Of a stretch of DNA of 30,128 bases, positions 17,161 to 24,585 are shown piece after piece. Source of the stretch: a virus; the IMG/VR virus record IMGVR_UViG_3300029905_000019, positions 1 through 30,128 of that record. One strand, given 5' to 3'. Both the position numbers and the translations under genes were made by a program. The notes beneath the pieces are model-generated. The model did not search any database, was not told where the DNA came from, and saw only the letters and a program-made list of their open reading frames with translations. Each line of letters starts with the position of its first letter. The stretch's first letter is position 1.

Positions 17161-19313
17161 CTTATTTTACCTTGTGATTCTTCTACATTAATTTCATAGT
17201 AGAACTTTTTGCGTTGTTGATTGGTAAATGTCTTATATTCAAAACTTGTATCAGTAATATTTACAGGTTTTATAACATTAGTTGATAAATTATGCAAATA
17301 AACTTCATTACTTTCAATAAGATTATACATTCTACTTGCTTGTTCATCTGTTAAATAGCTTGTATAAAACTTATAACTTGAAGTAATTATATTTAAATAA
17401 TTCTTTTTTTCAAACTCTATAGTAGTATTATTAAACGATTTATTATAAAAGTTTTGTGATATATCATCTGTCTTAATATTATTACCCGTTATTAATAACG
17501 AATCCCAACCACCCGATGCATTTAAATAATACAAACAATATTCCGCACAACTATCTACTATTTTATATGTATCACCATTTATTTCAATAGTATCAAAATC
17601 AGGGTATTGAAATAAAGTATTATCAATTAATAGATATTCACCCAAATCAGATATTGGTGTACTTAATAATATTTGTTCATTGCCATTTTTGCTATTTTTT
17701 AATTTATATGTTAGTGTAACGGGCGTATCTAAATCATATTGCTGAAATAAAGTATATAAGAAATATTGTCTACGGTCAATTTCATATTTTACAGGGTGAC
17801 TTATCACAATATTGTTATACATATTAATTTTGCTATTCAAATCTGAAAAATCGTAATCATAACTATTATAAAAAACATAGCTTCCGATTAATGAATTACC
17901 TGCAGTTGTTGTTAAATCAAACTCTGTTGCATAGTTATTTAGTTTGAATATATTTGTTGAATATCCGTTAAATGGGAAATCATCAGGTAAATTACTATTC
18001 AAAAAATTATAACATACTTTATTTAAATAAAATGAAATATTATTTGAATCGGGATATTTATATGATTTTCCACTATATATAATATTATTATTTACACTAA
18101 TATTATATTCTAAAAAGCTTTCATTTGACGCATAATTAACAAGTACATCTTGTACAATCGGAAATATATTATATGCTAATTGTTGTACAGTAAGCGTATC
18201 AGATACTTCATTACCTTCAAAATCAGTTCCACTTAATGTTATGATACCTGTTCTGATTGTGTCAGTAAAGTTTTTAGAACAAGTATATGAAACTATATTA
18301 GCCGAATATGATGCATTTAACCAATCAGAATCACTTGAAGCAGTTAAAGTAGTTGCAATGTTCATTAATAAAACGCTCGATTGGCCACTTGTGACATCAA
18401 AATTAATAATTTGAAAATCATTTTGTATATTTATACTACCTGTGTTTCCGGCGGCTTGCGTTATTGGGTAATTTATACTGTAATTATCGTATGTAATTAT
18501 TATATTACCACTTCTTTCTGTACTTCCTGAGTTTTTATTTACTTCAATTATTATATTAGCGCTTTGATTATTTATTTTGCTTACTGCAATACTATTAACA
18601 AATGAAGTTGCCGCAGAATCAGCAACAGCTGTAAAATTGCTCAAATTGGTAATATTTGTTGATACTGTAACTGTCTTTTGAGATTGCGAACTCGGAAATG
18701 ATAATGAAGTTGGATTGCAAGTAATAATCCTATTGCCCGCAATACTAATAACATATCCTAATGTTATATTAGTCCCATCAAGATAAAATAATTTAATTGA
18801 AGCCGATGCATTAATATCATCAGGTAAATTATTATTATTGATACCTAAATTAAATGATATACTATTATTTGCAATAATTAAATTATTATAATAAAGTAAA
18901 TTATTAGAATTATTAAATGTTATTTGAGCATTTGAGATTGTCTTATTGGCTACATAATATATAGTATAATTACCTCCCGACGCAGGCGCAGATATGGAAG
19001 TAGGAAAAAATCCATTTGAAATAGGTAATACCGAAACTTCAAAATCTACTGTTAAGGGCCTTAGGTCACTTCCCATAGAAAAACTGCCTATGTAATTTTT
19101 TACTGAATAACCTGAATAACTATTGCTTGTAACATTAATTGTACAGCTTGTTGCAGTTTGATTAACAATATTTCCTGATAATTGCCCATCTGCAGGAGAA
19201 AATGATAAATCACCCCAATTACCATTACCTCCAATATCATTAGTATAATTTATCGCTTGCGAGCTATTATTATTTCCAAATATTAATTTCTTAGGTGTAA
19301 ATCCTGTTGCCAT
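17154..19313 (-). CDS. Tail protein with N-terminal BACON-like Ig repeats
   Basis: 719 aa. Repeats end in ...NKNSGSTERSGNIIITYDNYSINYPITQAAG and ...SDSDWLNASYS...NFTDTIRTGIITLSG...TLTVQQLA, matching the BACON signature (W-L, N-x-x-x-R, I-T-V-x-Q). Confidence 0.55.
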   Translation of the reverse strand: MATGFTPKKLIFGNNNSSQAINYTNDIGGNGNWGDLSFSPADGQLSGNIVNQTATSCTINVTSNSYSGYSVKNYIGSFSMGSDLRPLTVDFEVSVLPISNGFFPTSISAPASGGNYTIYYVANKTISNAQITFNNSNNLLYYNNLIIANNSISFNLGINNNNLPDDINASASIKLFYLDGTNITLGYVISIAGNRIITCNPTSLSFPSSQSQKTVTVSTNITNLSNFTAVADSAATSFVNSIAVSKINNQSANIIIEVNKNSGSTERSGNIIITYDNYSINYPITQAAGNTGSINIQNDFQIINFDVTSGQSSVLLMNIATTLTASSDSDWLNASYSANIVSYTCSKNFTDTIRTGIITLSGTDFEGNEVSDTLTVQQLAYNIFPIVQDVLVNYASNESFLEYNISVNNNIIYSGKSYKYPDSNNISFYLNKVCYNFLNSNLPDDFPFNGYSTNIFKLNNYATEFDLTTTAGNSLIGSYVFYNSYDYDFSDLNSKINMYNNIVISHPVKYEIDRRQYFLYTLFQQYDLDTPVTLTYKLKNSKNGNEQILLSTPISDLGEYLLIDNTLFQYPDFDTIEINGDTYKIVDSCAEYCLYYLNASGGWDSLLITGNNIKTDDISQNFYNKSFNNTTIEFEKKNYLNIITSSYKFYTSYLTDEQASRMYNLIESNEVYLHNLSTNVIKPVNITDTSFEYKTFTNQQRKKFYYEINVEESQGKIRR

Positions 19314-19320
19314 ATTATTT

Positions 19321-19335
19321 TTTTAATAAAATATA
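19321..19335 (-). promoter_or_regulatory. Class-A late motif TTTTAATAAAATATA
   Basis: Exact 15-mer, with 11 nt between its core and the ATG at 19313. Confidence 0.55.
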
Positions 19336-19340
19336 TTATA

Positions 19341-19368
19341 AAAAAAAGCGGTTATTGTAAACCGCTTT
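19341..19368 (-). terminator. Rho-independent terminator overlapping the stop of 19352..19858
   Basis: 9-bp stem aaagcggtt/aaccgcttt (19345-19353/19360-19368) followed by a U-run on the minus strand. Confidence 0.7.
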
Positions 19369-19858
19369 TAATATGCAATATGGCAAACATATCATCAAAC
19401 TCTTTTTGTAAATCAATGCTTAACGCTTCTTCTATCTTATCAAAATATATTCTGTTTAATTCTTCAATTGAATTAGCTAATAATGGCCTTGGCTGAATAC
19501 CTTTTCTTGCTATTTTACGCGCTATTAAATACGCTAATTGTTTTTCTGTTGGTAATTTACCCTGATATGCTGTTGGTAAAATATGTTTAACCTTTACCCA
19601 ATTCTCAATCTTTGAAATTGGTGGAAACTTACCCGCTTTTCTACCATTTTCTACATATTTCCAATAATCAGCTAATTCTAAATCTATTTCATATATATTA
19701 TTCTTATTTTTTAATAAATATTTTACAGAATTGGATAATTCGCCACTTGCATTAACATTATTGGCAGCTAATTTATTCTTATATAAATTAACTAATTCCT
19801 GTCCGTACTCATTTAGTACTCTTATTAGATTCTCATATTTTAATGTTTCCGCTTCCAT
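19352..19858 (-). CDS. HK97 gp10-like head-tail joining / tail completion protein (putative)
   Basis: 168 aa. ASGELSNSVKY...IYEIDLELADYWKYVENGRKAG follows the gp10-family pattern (tG-L-x-x-S ... Y-a-x-x-V-E-x-G). Confidence 0.4.
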   Translation of the reverse strand: MEAETLKYENLIRVLNEYGQELVNLYKNKLAANNVNASGELSNSVKYLLKNKNNIYEIDLELADYWKYVENGRKAGKFPPISKIENWVKVKHILPTAYQGKLPTEKQLAYLIARKIARKGIQPRPLLANSIEELNRIYFDKIEEALSIDLQKEFDDMFAILHIKSGLQ

Positions 19859-20181
19859 TCTTCAATTTCTCTTTTTTCTTTGGCATTCTTATCTTTTATG
19901 TAACATATAATATTAAAAAAACTATATATGTTCATTTTATACACTGTTTCCCAACTACTCCTTGTGCATTCACTTACAATGTCTATATAGTATATCCACC
20001 CCCATTTTTTACCAAATTCTTCATTTGGTTCATTTGGATAATCGCCCTGCCGATTTTGATTTTCAGTATCTTGTCCTTCGTTTTCCTCATCTCCTTTTTC
20101 ATTTTGGAGATTGAATAAGTTAGAATACCCTGCATTAAAGCGCGATATGACATCACAAAAAAAAACATAATAGATTCTGCA
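19840..20181 (-). CDS. -1 frame extension ORF (no ATG of its own until near its end); candidate frameshift product C-terminus
   Basis: 114 codons are open in the -1 frame relative to 19983..20627. The frame opens 5 codons upstream of a U9 run and fills the otherwise non-coding gap 19859-19982. It encodes ...EKGDEENEGQDTENQNRQGDYPNEPNEEFGKKWGWIYYIDIVSECTRSSWETVYKMNIYSFFNIICYIKDKNAKEKREIEEWKRKH. Confidence 0.5.
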   Translation of the reverse strand, partial: CRIYYVFFCDVISRFNAGYSNLFNLQNEKGDEENEGQDTENQNRQGDYPNEPNEEFGKKWGWIYYIDIVSECTRSSWETVYKMNIYSFFNIICYIKDKNAKEKREIEEWKRKH

Positions 20182-20627
20182 TCAGCTATTGATAAGTGCC
20201 TATACAATTCATCTGCAACTTCATCAATATCATAATCTCCATATTCCTTACCATCGGGTATTAGAAATACAGCTAACAAATATTTTAGATTTTTATTATA
20301 ATTCTTTTGCAAGGTTTGAAAATCTATATATTGTGCGGTGGTCATCTTTTTTAAACTTGTAAATACATTATACTTTTTTCCATTGATAATATATTTATCT
20401 TTAATTTCCACTTTGGGCATTTCATTTAAAAAAGCGGTTTGTTCAACTAATTTGCTGAATTGTGCTATTGGTAAATTACTTATTTCATCTTCATCTTTTT
20501 CACATAATATTGAAACTATGCTAATATTTTTATCAATATCTTCAATACCTTTTTTATTTAAAACTTCTTTAATCTTATCAAATAATTCAACGCTTATATC
20601 ATCCCATTTTTTATATTTCAATTCCAT
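19983..20627 (-). CDS. Hypothetical protein, short (frame 0) form of a dual-frame gene; tail-assembly-chaperone-like logic
   Basis: 214-aa ORF immediately after terL. It contains the T9 run (A9 on the plus strand, 20157-20165) at codons 155-157. Confidence 0.6.
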   Translation of the reverse strand: MELKYKKWDDISVELFDKIKEVLNKKGIEDIDKNISIVSILCEKDEDEISNLPIAQFSKLVEQTAFLNEMPKVEIKDKYIINGKKYNVFTSLKKMTTAQYIDFQTLQKNYNKNLKYLLAVFLIPDGKEYGDYDIDEVADELYRHLSIADAESIMFFFVMSYRALMQGILTYSISKMKKEMRKTKDKILKIKIGRAIIQMNQMKNLVKNGGGYTI

Positions 20628-20632
20628 ATTCT

Positions 20633-21907
20633 TTATACTATTAAATAATTATAATTACCCCTTGTATTTTTTTCATAATAAGCCTGTAACGCAAGCATTA
20701 AAGCAATACACATATCATCATTTCCGCCTTGAGGCGCATTATATGTAATGTTACCCGTTTTAGAATTGTATTTGGCTTCGTAGAAACTCAATTCTGCCTG
20801 CTGTTGTTCATCATCAAGTATTTGTATTTTTCTTTGTTCAAAGTATACTTGAAGCTTATTAACAATATCAGTCTTACTTTTGTTAGTTGTTACAAACTCA
20901 TTAACTATTCCCTTTTTAGGTAATTGGTGACGTAACATATTCACCATCGGTTTACCCATACCATTATTTTCACATAAAATATTTTTGATTTTAGGCAAAT
21001 ATGGTTTCAGATATTCAACAATATATTTAATTTGTTCTGTTGTGCTTTTATTTCTAAAATGTAATAGAAATACTTGCTGTTTAAACTCATTCAGAGCCGT
21101 CACAACAGTTTCATCACCTCCAACACCGCTGCCCCAATCAACTCCCACAAATAATTTTTCGTATTTTTCATTAATATTATTTGATATACATTCTTTGAAA
21201 TGCCCAAAAACAACACTATCACTATCCAAAAAGTCACCTAAATATTCTGTAATGAACTGATTTCTTGGTAATGTTTGTCTATACATTTCTAATGTTTCAG
21301 GCGATAATAGGGCACTTGTATCATATTTACATAAATCATAGCTTGTAATAGTATCTTTATATTTATCCATTAGCCCATAATTATATGTTTCATAGAAAAA
21401 TCCTATTCTAAACTTTGGAGTTGATACCATTAAAATAGGACATCGCCAAACATCAGTAGATGGTTTTATTATAGAATATACCTCATCGGGTATATATGCT
21501 GCTTCGTCTATGCATAGTATACCTGAAAAGGTATAACCTCTTAAATTGTCTCTTTGTTCTGCGGATTTGAATAATATGCTGCTGCCGTTTATAAACTCTA
21601 TTTCAAGCAGACTATCATTCTTTTTTCTTAATACGCCTGTTTGCTCAACACTTTTAAGAATCTGTTTATATATCTTCCTTGATTGATTAAGTGTTGGAGA
21701 TAAACAGCCATTTACAGTATCACTATAGTTTATGGCAAATCTTAATAGTTCATTGATAATTATATATGATTTACCAATTTGTCGCTTCGCTTTAACACAA
21801 TGAATGTGCCCACTATTTTTACCAAACTTGGATAATCCATTGTGTACTGCTAACTGCCATTCAAAAGGCGTATATCCAACAAATGTTTTTTCATTATTTT
21901 TACTCAT
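20633..21907 (-). CDS. terL: Terminase large subunit
   Basis: 424 aa with Walker A-like KAKRQIGKS, Walker B ILCIDEAAYI and coupling motif MVSTP. The nuclease-domain acidic residues appear in VGVDWGSGVGGDETV and GGNDDMCIALMLA. Confidence 0.9.
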   Translation of the reverse strand: MSKNNEKTFVGYTPFEWQLAVHNGLSKFGKNSGHIHCVKAKRQIGKSYIIINELLRFAINYSDTVNGCLSPTLNQSRKIYKQILKSVEQTGVLRKKNDSLLEIEFINGSSILFKSAEQRDNLRGYTFSGILCIDEAAYIPDEVYSIIKPSTDVWRCPILMVSTPKFRIGFFYETYNYGLMDKYKDTITSYDLCKYDTSALLSPETLEMYRQTLPRNQFITEYLGDFLDSDSVVFGHFKECISNNINEKYEKLFVGVDWGSGVGGDETVVTALNEFKQQVFLLHFRNKSTTEQIKYIVEYLKPYLPKIKNILCENNGMGKPMVNMLRHQLPKKGIVNEFVTTNKSKTDIVNKLQVYFEQRKIQILDDEQQQAELSFYEAKYNSKTGNITYNAPQGGNDDMCIALMLALQAYYEKNTRGNYNYLIV

Positions 21908-22340
21908 CTAATTCATAATCATCTTCTTCATTATTTTCTGATACTTGGTCAGCTTCTTGTGGCTGATTAGTAATATCAGTTCCGCCAAACTTGAAGTGAA
22001 TTACATTATCTGATAATTCAACTTTAGTTTTAATTTCATATAATGCAAATGTTTTGTTAATTGTGTCAGCAATTGAATTAGCTGTTTTCCAATCTTCCTT
22101 TTCAATTGCTTTTTGCAACATATACTCAAGTCTTTCCAATTGAATACGTCTCAAGTTCTTTATAAAGGCTTCATCCCCTGATGCCATATATTTATAAGTT
22201 TCTCGAATCCATATTGCTGCAGCTTGTGGCTTTATATCCCATCTTTTAGCAATATCTTCAGCTATGGATAGTTTAGATATGCCTTTTCTAAATTGGCTTG
22301 CAATATATTGCAGACGAACTTTTCGTTCATCCGCACTCAT
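21900..22340 (-). CDS. Terminase small subunit (putative)
   Basis: HTH-like N-terminus (ISKLSIAEDIAKRWDIKPQAAAIWIRE) and an acidic C-terminal tail, with an 8-nt overlap onto the terL start. The ORF is open to 22406, but the ATG at 22340 lies 1 nt after the stop of the upstream gene, so I prefer it. Confidence 0.5.
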   Translation of the reverse strand: MSADERKVRLQYIASQFRKGISKLSIAEDIAKRWDIKPQAAAIWIRETYKYMASGDEAFIKNLRRIQLERLEYMLQKAIEKEDWKTANSIADTINKTFALYEIKTKVELSDNVIHFKFGGTDITNQPQEADQVSENNEEDDYELDE

Positions 22341-22341
22341 T

Positions 22342-22635
22342 TTACCCCTTTTTTGTACGTTTTTTATTGGCATAATCTTTATTATTTTTTTCTTTATTAT
22401 TTTCAATTTCAGCTTTATCTATAAAATAAAACTTACCAATAGCTTTTGCAAACTTTAAAATTGAACTTGAACAATGCTTGCATAAATTATAATTAGGTTC
22501 AATTTTTTTATAGATTTTCAGTAATTCATCAATCGCACAATTTGCAAATGGTAAACAATAATTACTGTTAATCGCTCTTCGCAAATTATCTTCAAACTTT
22601 GAAATATATTCAAATTCTTCTTTTGTAAAATACAT
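22342..22635 (-). CDS. Hypothetical Cys-containing protein
   Basis: 97-aa ORF with four Cys (including CKHC) and a basic C-terminal tail. Confidence 0.5.
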   Translation of the reverse strand: MYFTKEEFEYISKFEDNLRRAINSNYCLPFANCAIDELLKIYKKIEPNYNLCKHCSSSILKFAKAIGKFYFIDKAEIENNKEKNNKDYANKKRTKKG

Positions 22636-22656
22636 ATTTATTTATTTTAAATATAG

Positions 22657-22995
22657 TTATTTATTTAACAGTTTATATAAACTTGTTATCAGCCAATTAA
22701 ATAAGTCTTGAACTAACATTATTAAGTTGCCTAACTGATTTGTTAAACTTGCTAATATGCAAACAACCAATATATTTAATATACTAAATTGTCCAACACA
22801 TATTAGAAAGATTAAGCCTATCCAAAAAGTCATACATAAACTGCAATCCAACGGTTTTAAACTGTATTCTTGATATGGCTTATTTTTTCCAAACACCCAT
22901 TTCCATATCAATCTTTTAATATTATTAACAACACCGCTAATATCAATGATAAACACTATTATCAAGGTTAGCATAATCAAATTTAGATATATCAT
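22657..22995 (-). CDS. Small integral membrane protein (DUF1360-like CxxC...W motif)
   Basis: 112 aa with about three hydrophobic helices. KPLDCSLCMTFWIGLIF resembles the DUF1360 signature. Confidence 0.45.
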   Translation of the reverse strand: MIYLNLIMLTLIIVFIIDISGVVNNIKRLIWKWVFGKNKPYQEYSLKPLDCSLCMTFWIGLIFLICVGQFSILNILVVCILASLTNQLGNLIMLVQDLFNWLITSLYKLLNK

Positions 22996-23263
22996 TTTCT
23001 TCTAATTTTTTTATTATATTATATATTTCTTCCCTGATTCGTTTAATCTCTTTATATATTATAGTATGACTTATACCCAATTCTTTACCAACTTTTCTTA
23101 AACTACCTAATTCAGCGTATAACAAGATTATTATATGGTCACTTTGTGAAAGCTGTTTAATAGCTTGTTTGGTAAATATCAGCCTATTGTCATCTTCATC
23201 AAATATATCTAACTCTTTGAAATTATATTCATTTATAATTCTTTTGTAAATATCATTATTCAT
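22943..23263 (-). CDS. Sigma-70 region-4-like HTH protein (C-terminal half of a split ECF-type sigma factor)
   Basis: 106 aa. LSQSDHIIILLYAELGSLRKVGKELGISHTIIYKEIKRIREEI aligns position by position with ECF sigma region 4 (compare RpoE LPEDLRMAITLRELDGLSYEEIAAIMDCPVGTVRSRIFRAREAI). Confidence 0.6.
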   Translation of the reverse strand: MNNDIYKRIINEYNFKELDIFDEDDNRLIFTKQAIKQLSQSDHIIILLYAELGSLRKVGKELGISHTIIYKEIKRIREEIYNIIKKLEENDISKFDYANLDNSVYH

Positions 23264-23564
23264 CCTCTATTTCTGTATTAATCTTTTTATTTTCATCAAT
23301 TAATTTATAATACTTCTTATATTTAGTATAAAATGGACTATTTTTACTAAAGTATTGGTTTTGAATAATTCTTACAATAAAGAACTTCAATTGATTATTA
23401 TTATACAGTTTTATTATTTTATTTTCATCATACTCAAGCAATACCAAATATATTTCCTGTAGTAAGTCATCTTTATCATTAGCTTTAATTCCCATATTTT
23501 TTATAAGTTCTTCAATTAACTTATTTCTTGCAATTTCTTCTATTATATCATTTTTGTTACACAT
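23256..23564 (-). CDS. Sigma-70 region-2-like protein (N-terminal half of a split ECF-type sigma factor)
   Basis: 102 aa. DKDDLLQEIYLVLLEY...LKFFIVRIIQNQYF matches ECF region 2 (compare RpoE DVPDVVQEAFIKAYRAL...FYTWLYRIAVNTAKNYL). Its stop overlaps the next ORF's start by 8 nt. Confidence 0.55.
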   Translation of the reverse strand: MCNKNDIIEEIARNKLIEELIKNMGIKANDKDDLLQEIYLVLLEYDENKIIKLYNNNQLKFFIVRIIQNQYFSKNSPFYTKYKKYYKLIDENKKINTEIEDE

Positions 23565-23998
23565 ACTGCATCACTTACTTTTAAAGCATTTTTATTTTCA
23601 ATATATTTTTCACTTTCAACTACTGTATATTTATTATATACCTTTTCACCTAACTTTTCTAACTGATTGTCCTTTGACAAATCCCATATAATTATCCAAC
23701 CATCATCAAAACTATTCAGATATAATGGTTTATACTTAGAATCTTCCATTAGATATTTTTCCTTATTTTTTTCAAGTATATAATTATCATATCTTGTGTG
23801 TGGCATTCGTCTATGTTTACATTCAACCGCATAATAATATTCAGTACCATTTTTTGTAGTAGCTGTGAAATAAATGTCTATATGACCATAATCTGTTATA
23901 TGTTGGTCAATATTCAAATCGCATTTCCTGAATAAATATTTAAGCGTTGGTAATATCTTTTCCTGTCCAATTTTATCTGCTTCATTAAACTTATTCAT
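23543..23998 (-). CDS. PD-(D/E)XK-family nuclease (putative)
   Basis: 151 aa with GHIDIYF...(13 aa)...YAVECKHR, a D...ExK motif, plus an upstream Glu (GQEK). Confidence 0.5.
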   Translation of the reverse strand: MNKFNEADKIGQEKILPTLKYLFRKCDLNIDQHITDYGHIDIYFTATTKNGTEYYYAVECKHRRMPHTRYDNYILEKNKEKYLMEDSKYKPLYLNSFDDGWIIIWDLSKDNQLEKLGEKVYNKYTVVESEKYIENKNALKVSDAVCVTKMI

Positions 23999-24006
23999 AA
24001 TGTCTA

Positions 24007-24025
24007 TTTATATATTTTTATTTAT
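24007..24025 (-). promoter_or_regulatory. 19-nt motif tttatatatttttatttat (copy 1), upstream of 23543..23998
   Basis: Identical 19-mer at 27097-27115. Both copies begin within 10 nt of a minus-strand ATG. Confidence 0.45.
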
Positions 24026-24060
24026 ATATAAATATCACCTAACTTTCAAAAAGTTATATT

Positions 24061-24075
24061 TTTTATAAAAAATAT
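24061..24075 (+). promoter_or_regulatory. Class-B-like motif TTTTATAAAAAATAT just upstream of the plus-strand lipoprotein gene
   Basis: Same 15-mer as at 14197 and 17111, lying 5 nt before the ATG at 24081. Its orientation relative to the gene is opposite to the late genes, so its significance is uncertain. Confidence 0.25.
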
Positions 24076-24080
24076 TTATT

Positions 24081-24560
24081 ATGAATAAAATGAAAATAGT
24101 TATATTGCTTTTATGTTTGATATTTGCAAATTGTGCTGTTAATAAAAACATAAAAACCAATCAACAGAATAGATTGATAGATAGCACCTATTCAGTTAAA
24201 ACAGATAGTACTATTCTTAATTCAAATAAAATTGAAAAAGATAATAGTACAGAAAATACTGAAATTAAGATTGAAGAAAATATATCTGAAATTATTGCTG
24301 ATAGTGTTAATCGGACTTCTACACAACGTACTGTTAATAAAATAACAATAATAACTAAAAATAAAAAAAATGATATAGTAAAATCAGATACTATATCATC
24401 AACTTCTATTAAAATAGATACACTTGCAAATATCAAAAAAGATAATTCAACTATTGATAGTAAAGTAGTTGAAAAAGAATCTCAATCTTTAAAATGGATT
24501 ATGTATATTGTTATATCAATTTCAATAGTCGCTGTTATCCTATTTTTGAAATTTAAATAA
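24081..24560 (+). CDS. Secreted or lipid-anchored protein with C-terminal transmembrane helix (lipoprotein candidate)
   Basis: 159 aa with signal peptide MNKMKIVILLLCLIFANC (Cys at position 18, atypical Asn at -1), an Asn/Ser/Thr/Lys-rich middle and a C-terminal WIMYIVISISIVAVILFLKF. Confidence 0.6.
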   Translation: MNKMKIVILLLCLIFANCAVNKNIKTNQQNRLIDSTYSVKTDSTILNSNKIEKDNSTENTEIKIEENISEIIADSVNRTSTQRTVNKITIITKNKKNDIVKSDTISSTSIKIDTLANIKKDNSTIDSKVVEKESQSLKWIMYIVISISIVAVILFLKFK

Positions 24561-24585
24561 TAATTCATATTATTATAAAAATAAT

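Noticed and set aside
22340-22406. Longer start (22406) for the small terminase ORF
   Set aside because: It would overlap the upstream gene by 65 nt and add a Lys/Ile-rich low-complexity N-terminus. The ATG at 22340 sits 1 nt after the upstream stop, and 22373 is another possibility. The choice is not certain.
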